DNA from: an uncultured virus (IMG/VR IMGVR_UViG_3300029267_002644)
Taxonomy: Duplodnaviria > Heunggongvirae > Uroviricota > Caudoviricetes
IMG/VR virus record: IMGVR_UViG_3300029267_002644
Strand: one strand, 5' to 3'
DNA: 64,000 bases
Numbering within the stretch: position 1 is the stretch's first letter; each line of letters opens with the position of its first letter. The notes beneath the pieces were generated by a model. It saw only the letters and a list, made by a program, of their open reading frames with translations, was not told the DNA's origin and ran no database searches. Of the stretch, positions 59,967 through 64,000 are shown in pieces. The translations under genes and the position numbers were made by a program.

Positions 59967-60000
59967 AAAATATGGGGGAGGCCGAAACCTCCCCTATTTT
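59967..60000. terminator. Bidirectional terminator
   Basis: ggggagg/cctcccc stem flanked by A- and T-runs. Confidence 0.72.
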
Positions 60001-60311
60001 TAGTGAAAAGCCATTGGGAAATGTTCCCTAAACATTGAGATAAGTATCATAATCTCATTTTTCATGGCTTGCACTTGACACCACTTTGTCTCGAAATCCT
60101 GAAGGGCTTCTGGAAACATCTCAGCTCCCTTTGTCTGATCGGCTTGTAAATCATCGAGTTTTTCCAACTCACCAGATAGGAGATTCAAAATAGGGGCAAC
60201 CGTTTCCGGAGGAAACTTATCAAGGTTATCATCAAGACTACGTTTTACTGATTCACAATAATCAAGGACAGGACCTTCTGAAAGGAACTCTTTTAATGGA
60301 TTTTCAGTCAT
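60000..60311 (-). CDS. Helical hypothetical protein
   Basis: Likely start 60311 (SD ggagg); downstream of a class M motif. Confidence 0.55.
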   Translation of the reverse strand: MTENPLKEFLSEGPVLDYCESVKRSLDDNLDKFPPETVAPILNLLSGELEKLDDLQADQTKGAEMFPEALQDFETKWCQVQAMKNEIMILISMFREHFPMAFH

Positions 60312-60357
60312 GACGTCCTCCAAATATTTAAAGTCAATAATTATCCTCATTAGTTAT

Positions 60358-60389
60358 TAATATATTTAGAATTTCGAATTTTACGGACA
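60358..60389 (-). promoter_or_regulatory. Class M bipartite motif TGTCCGTAAA-N11-TAAATATATTA
   Basis: Third copy with identical spacing. Confidence 0.75.
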
Positions 60390-60404
60390 GGAGATTTAGC
60401 ATTT

Positions 60405-60983
60405 ATGATTTTGCACGCACAGGAAATTGAAAAGTTGTTAGAGAAGAACATGACGGCTAAGGGGTTTTCTTTTTGGAAAGCATTGAGTGAACGTTTACCA
60501 AACATCTGGGAAAGACCTACATCTTCAACTGGTAAGTATCATAAGAAGGCTGATGGAACAATTCCAGATCAGGCGGAGCATACATATCAAATGTTATATG
60601 CTGCTTCAAAAGTGTCAAGGATGTTTAACATTGCTCCAAAGACACCAAAGATGGACATGTTGATGTTGGCAATTGCTCTCCACGATTCTCTAAAGTATGG
60701 AAAGGACGGAAAGAGACAACACACTGACTACAAACATGACCAGGCTGCTGGAAATCTTATTAAGGATAATAAAGAAACATTCCAAAAGCTATTAACAGAG
60801 TCTCAAGTTGGAATCTTGGAGGATGCAGTTAGATTCCATAGTGGGCAATGGAGCACGGACGTTAAGAGCAAAAAGAAGTTTAATTTTAACGATAGAGACC
60901 CAATAGCAATGTTTGTTCATACCTTGGATATGCTCAGCACTGCTGATGCTCTTAAAACCGACGTAGACGACATACCATTTTAA
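60405..60983 (+). CDS. HD-domain phosphohydrolase
   Basis: SSTGKYH, AEHT, ALHDSLK, RFHSG, HTLDM. Confidence 0.82.
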   Translation: MILHAQEIEKLLEKNMTAKGFSFWKALSERLPNIWERPTSSTGKYHKKADGTIPDQAEHTYQMLYAASKVSRMFNIAPKTPKMDMLMLAIALHDSLKYGKDGKRQHTDYKHDQAAGNLIKDNKETFQKLLTESQVGILEDAVRFHSGQWSTDVKSKKKFNFNDRDPIAMFVHTLDMLSTADALKTDVDDIPF

Positions 60984-60989
60984 GGATTC

Positions 60990-61026
60990 ATAGGAGGGAA
61001 GATTATTTAGTCTTCCCTCCTATTTT
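60990..61026 (+). terminator. Intrinsic terminator
   Basis: ataggagggaaga/tcttccctcctat 13-bp stem plus ttt. Confidence 0.75.
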
Positions 61027-61072
61027 CCGTCGGTAATGTCAGTCAGTTTCTGTACTAAATCAAAAATCCTCA

Positions 61073-61089
61073 AGAACATATTATAAATA
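61073..61089 (+). promoter_or_regulatory. Class P motif AGAACATATTATAAATA
   Basis: Upstream of the structural cassette at 61152. Confidence 0.65.
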
Positions 61090-61151
61090 CCAAACCTTTG
61101 TGTAGTACCAATCATCACAAACCAACACCACAATTAGGAGGATTTTGAATT

Positions 61152-61934
61152 ATGGGTTCTTTATCAGATTATGTAGAAAATGAAATTCTGGATCATGTAT
61201 TGAAGACAGCAGACTGGGCGCAGCCAACTGCGATCTATGTCGGTCTTTCAACTGCTGATCCTACAGACGACGCTACTGGTATTGCAGAACCTGCTGGAAA
61301 CGGTTACGCCCGTGTACAACACGACAACTGGGACGCCGCTTCCGCAAGGGCAACTGAAAACACTGGTACAGTATCCTTCCCTGAAGCAACTGGCTCTTGG
61401 GGAACAATTACTCACTTCTTCCTGAGCGATCAATCCACAGGCGGCAACATGCTAGCTCACGGTGCTCTCTCAGCTTCTAAGACAATCGGCTCAGGCGATA
61501 ACGCTTCCTTCCAAGACGGCGCTATTGACGTGTCCTTCAACACTGGCGGTATCTCCACAGACTTCGCCAACAAGATTCTTGACCATATCTTCAAGAATAC
61601 TGCTTATGACACGACAGCTGATATTTATGTGGCCCTTTCAAGAGCAAACCCAACTGACGATGCTTCAGGCGTAGACGAGCCATCAGGCAATAACTATGCT
61701 AGAGTACAACACAACACTTGGGATGTTTCTTCTGGCGGTGCAACAGAAAATAACGGCGCGATCACATTCCCACAAGCATCTGCAGCATGGGGCACAGTAA
61801 CTCACTTCTTCATGCAAGACGCTTCTTCAGGTGGAAACATGACCTTCTACGGAGCGCTCGACAACTCCAGAAACATTGGTCAGAACGATACGCCTTCATT
61901 TGCTGACGGTGCTCTCGACATTACTATGGACTAA
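61152..61934 (+). CDS. Phage tail-associated structural protein, tandem two-domain
   Basis: Two copies of N.ILDH...YVALS..PTD...EP.GN.YARV...W...FP.A...WGT.THFF..D..GGNM. Confidence 0.72.
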   Translation: MGSLSDYVENEILDHVLKTADWAQPTAIYVGLSTADPTDDATGIAEPAGNGYARVQHDNWDAASARATENTGTVSFPEATGSWGTITHFFLSDQSTGGNMLAHGALSASKTIGSGDNASFQDGAIDVSFNTGGISTDFANKILDHIFKNTAYDTTADIYVALSRANPTDDASGVDEPSGNNYARVQHNTWDVSSGGATENNGAITFPQASAAWGTVTHFFMQDASSGGNMTFYGALDNSRNIGQNDTPSFADGALDITMD

Positions 61935-61977
61935 TCCTTCGGGATTATCTGCAATAAAAGGGGGACTTCGGTCCCCC
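61932..61977 (+). other. Two tandem C(UUCG)G tetraloop hairpins
   Basis: taatcc-ttcg-ggatta (61932-61947) and gggggac-ttcg-gtccccc (61960-61977). Confidence 0.75.
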
Positions 61978-62005
61978 TCAAATTCACAAGTAAGAGGTAA
62001 CTACC

Positions 62006-62785
62006 ATGGCTAATTATGTATATGGAGCTATAGCCCTTACTGGTGGTGGTTTCGGAGCACTCGACGGAATTGATGGAGCAGACCTGAATGATCAGGACGC
62101 TGCTATTGTTTTCACAGCTACTACATCTTATATGTACACACTGGATGAAAACAGTGGCGCCTCAGAAAGCTCACCTGACGTAATTGCACCTGACGCCAAC
62201 CCTGGTGACAAAAGATGGATCCTTCTCTATAAGAGAAGTGATGATATTGATGTTGACACGACTGACTTCGATGGTATTTTAACTTCTGCTGAAGACAGTG
62301 TCCAGAAGGCGTTGGATGTTCTTGATGATGTATTTGCTGCAGAGGACTTTACCATTACTAGTAAAGTCGCTTATCTCGATGACGATGTTCAAAAGACATA
62401 TTCAACAGATTCTGGAACTGTAACACCATCTGCACACGTAACTACAGTGAATGGTGCTGGAGGTATTACTGTTTCTGGTGCTGCTGATGTCATGACCATC
62501 ACTCGAGATGACCTTGCTCTTGCAACGAAGGCAGCTGATTACCCAATGACAGCGGCTGACGATATTATCATTGGCGACTGCGCAGGTGGCAACGTGAAAA
62601 TTACTCTACCAGCTGCAAATGCAAAAGACAGAGTAAGAATTATGAAGAAGTCGAATTCAAATACTTTAACAATTGAAAGAGCTGGTTCGGACACCATAGA
62701 AGGGAACGTAAACATCCAATTTACGGATGAATATCAGTCCGTCACTTTAGTTTCTGACGGAACAAATACATGGATAGAATTCTAA
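62006..62785 (+). CDS. Tail/fibre-associated structural protein
   Basis: LTGGG.GALDGIDG...PD..PG.KRW; C-terminal ITLPAA...GSDTIEG...VTLVSDGTNTW. Confidence 0.6.
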   Translation: MANYVYGAIALTGGGFGALDGIDGADLNDQDAAIVFTATTSYMYTLDENSGASESSPDVIAPDANPGDKRWILLYKRSDDIDVDTTDFDGILTSAEDSVQKALDVLDDVFAAEDFTITSKVAYLDDDVQKTYSTDSGTVTPSAHVTTVNGAGGITVSGAADVMTITRDDLALATKAADYPMTAADDIIIGDCAGGNVKITLPAANAKDRVRIMKKSNSNTLTIERAGSDTIEGNVNIQFTDEYQSVTLVSDGTNTWIEF

Positions 62786-63146
62786 AATGAAACAAAACGC
62801 TTCTTTAATGATCCAAGTTGGATTATCTGGTGGCTCTGCCATCACATCAAGAAGCGAGTCTAACGTTGGAATTTTATTCTGTTTATGTGGCTCAGTTGAA
62901 GTCACAGTTGAAGTAAAGACTACTAAAAAAATAAAGATCGTTCATGTCGTAATAGCTTCAGAAAAGTCAGATTACGAAGGGTTATCTCTCATTCATGTGT
63001 GCGTTGGAACGTCGATCCAACAACACGCTCCGCCTGCATATATGATTAGAGATTCCCTTCCCGTCTGTCCTACCCATCGTACCTTTTCCCACATGTTTTA
63101 AAAAGGCGACTGGAGCATTTTACGTTGAACGTGGAGGGCTGTTAAA

Positions 63147-64000
63147 ATGGCTGATGTTGAATATAGGAATCGGGTTGATGTAAAATGGCATCGCGATTTC
63201 AAGAGCACCCTACTTGTTTCACAAGTTGGTGGTCAAGGAGTAGCAGGCGGTGCGATTCTTACACTTGGTGTCACAGAGGAACTTACAGCCACTTGTGCTG
63301 TGGTCGCTGATGCCCAAGCTGGTCAACTCGTCACAGGTATTGCTGAAGTTTTAGGTTCGACCGCTATTACTGCTTCAGTGGCAGAGGCGGACCTTACTCT
63401 TGGAATTGTAGAACCGCTATCATCGTCGATTTCGATAGCTAGTGTTACCTCAGGGTTCGTAACCCTTGGTATAGCGGTCGATTTATCTTCGACGTGTCAG
63501 GTACAGTCCGTTGTTGACGCTACCATCACGATGGGTGTGGTAGAGATTCTTGCATCATCGTCAAGTAACGCATCAGCCGTTGCATCACTCCTGACAATCG
63601 GCGCATCGGAATTGATGACAGCCCCTGCTGATGTCACAACCGAAGTTGATGGTCTTTTAGGGATTGGTATTGTTGAAGTTTTAGGTTCTACTTCTACAAA
63701 TACATCAGTCCTGTCAGCAGTGTTGACTCTTGGTATTACGGAAGTACTAACTGCTACTAGTACAATCAATACCGACATGACAGGAGAACTGACTCTTGGT
63801 GTAGATGTTGTTCTTTCTGCGACAGATAATGTAGTCTCAACAGCTGTTGGTCTCCTTGCACTAGGTATTGTTGAAATACTTGCATCCTCAAGTACAAACA
63901 CCGCTGTTGTTGATGCTTCTCTTGACCTTGGTCAAGATGAACCATTATCAAATTCAACTCTCATAAACTCTAATGTTGCAACTGCTACACTAGATTTGGG
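63147..64000 (+). CDS. 22-aa repeat beta-fibre protein (3'-truncated; absent from the ORF track)
   Basis: SD ggagg; MADVEYRNRV...; repeats such as LTLGIVEPLSSSISIASVTSGF; open to the window end. Confidence 0.75.
   Translation, partial: MADVEYRNRVDVKWHRDFKSTLLVSQVGGQGVAGGAILTLGVTEELTATCAVVADAQAGQLVTGIAEVLGSTAITASVAEADLTLGIVEPLSSSISIASVTSGFVTLGIAVDLSSTCQVQSVVDATITMGVVEILASSSSNASAVASLLTIGASELMTAPADVTTEVDGLLGIGIVEVLGSTSTNTSVLSAVLTLGITEVLTATSTINTDMTGELTLGVDVVLSATDNVVSTAVGLLALGIVEILASSSTNTAVVDASLDLGQDEPLSNSTLINSNVATATLDL

Noticed and set aside
12706..61089. GAAC motif as a LexA/SOS box
   Set aside because: It lacks the palindromic GTTC half-site and is strictly oriented, with a downstream ATAAA.
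62787..63101. 104-aa ORF between structural genes
   Set aside because: No clear SD or motif; it could be real or a decayed repeat-protein fragment, so it is left uncalled.
1..64000. CRISPR array, tRNA or rRNA genes
   Set aside because: No regularly spaced repeat-spacer run or cloverleaf recognised in the intergenic gaps; checked by eye only.
1..64000. Stop-codon reassignment
   Set aside because: Very long intact ORFs and tight packing under the standard code, with TAA, TAG and TGA all ending genes just before the next SD/start.

Overview
AT-rich, densely coding segment that reads as part of a large tailed bacteriophage genome. This is an inference: no capsid, portal or terminase gene is in the window, but it holds fibre-like structural genes, an M15 peptidase, NUMOD3-HNH genes, Shine-Dalgarno sites and intact ORFs under the standard code. 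1-26.5 kb holds three giant paralogous Kelch-like multi-propeller proteins (6, 5 and 7 propellers inserted into one shared split scaffold), two paralogous partner proteins and an embedded glycosyltransferase cluster. 26.5-37.6 kb holds a lysis-like cassette with a REC-PAS regulator and a family of fibre/LamG proteins. 38-61 kb alternates plus-strand cassettes with minus-strand islands, each class with its own recurring upstream motif. The strongest leads are: (1) about 13 unrelated ORFs at 39.9-48.9 kb sharing an N-terminal D-x-(Y/H)-L-x-x-(I/V/L)-Q-E leader that resembles T4 capsid-targeting/protease-cleavage sequences; (2) N-X-S/T sequons in the same loop of many propeller blades next to phage glycosyltransferases; (3) the two promoter-like motifs; and (4) a strand-skew switch with structured non-coding DNA at 42.5-44.3 kb, a candidate origin. 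All calls are by eye from motifs; no searches were run.
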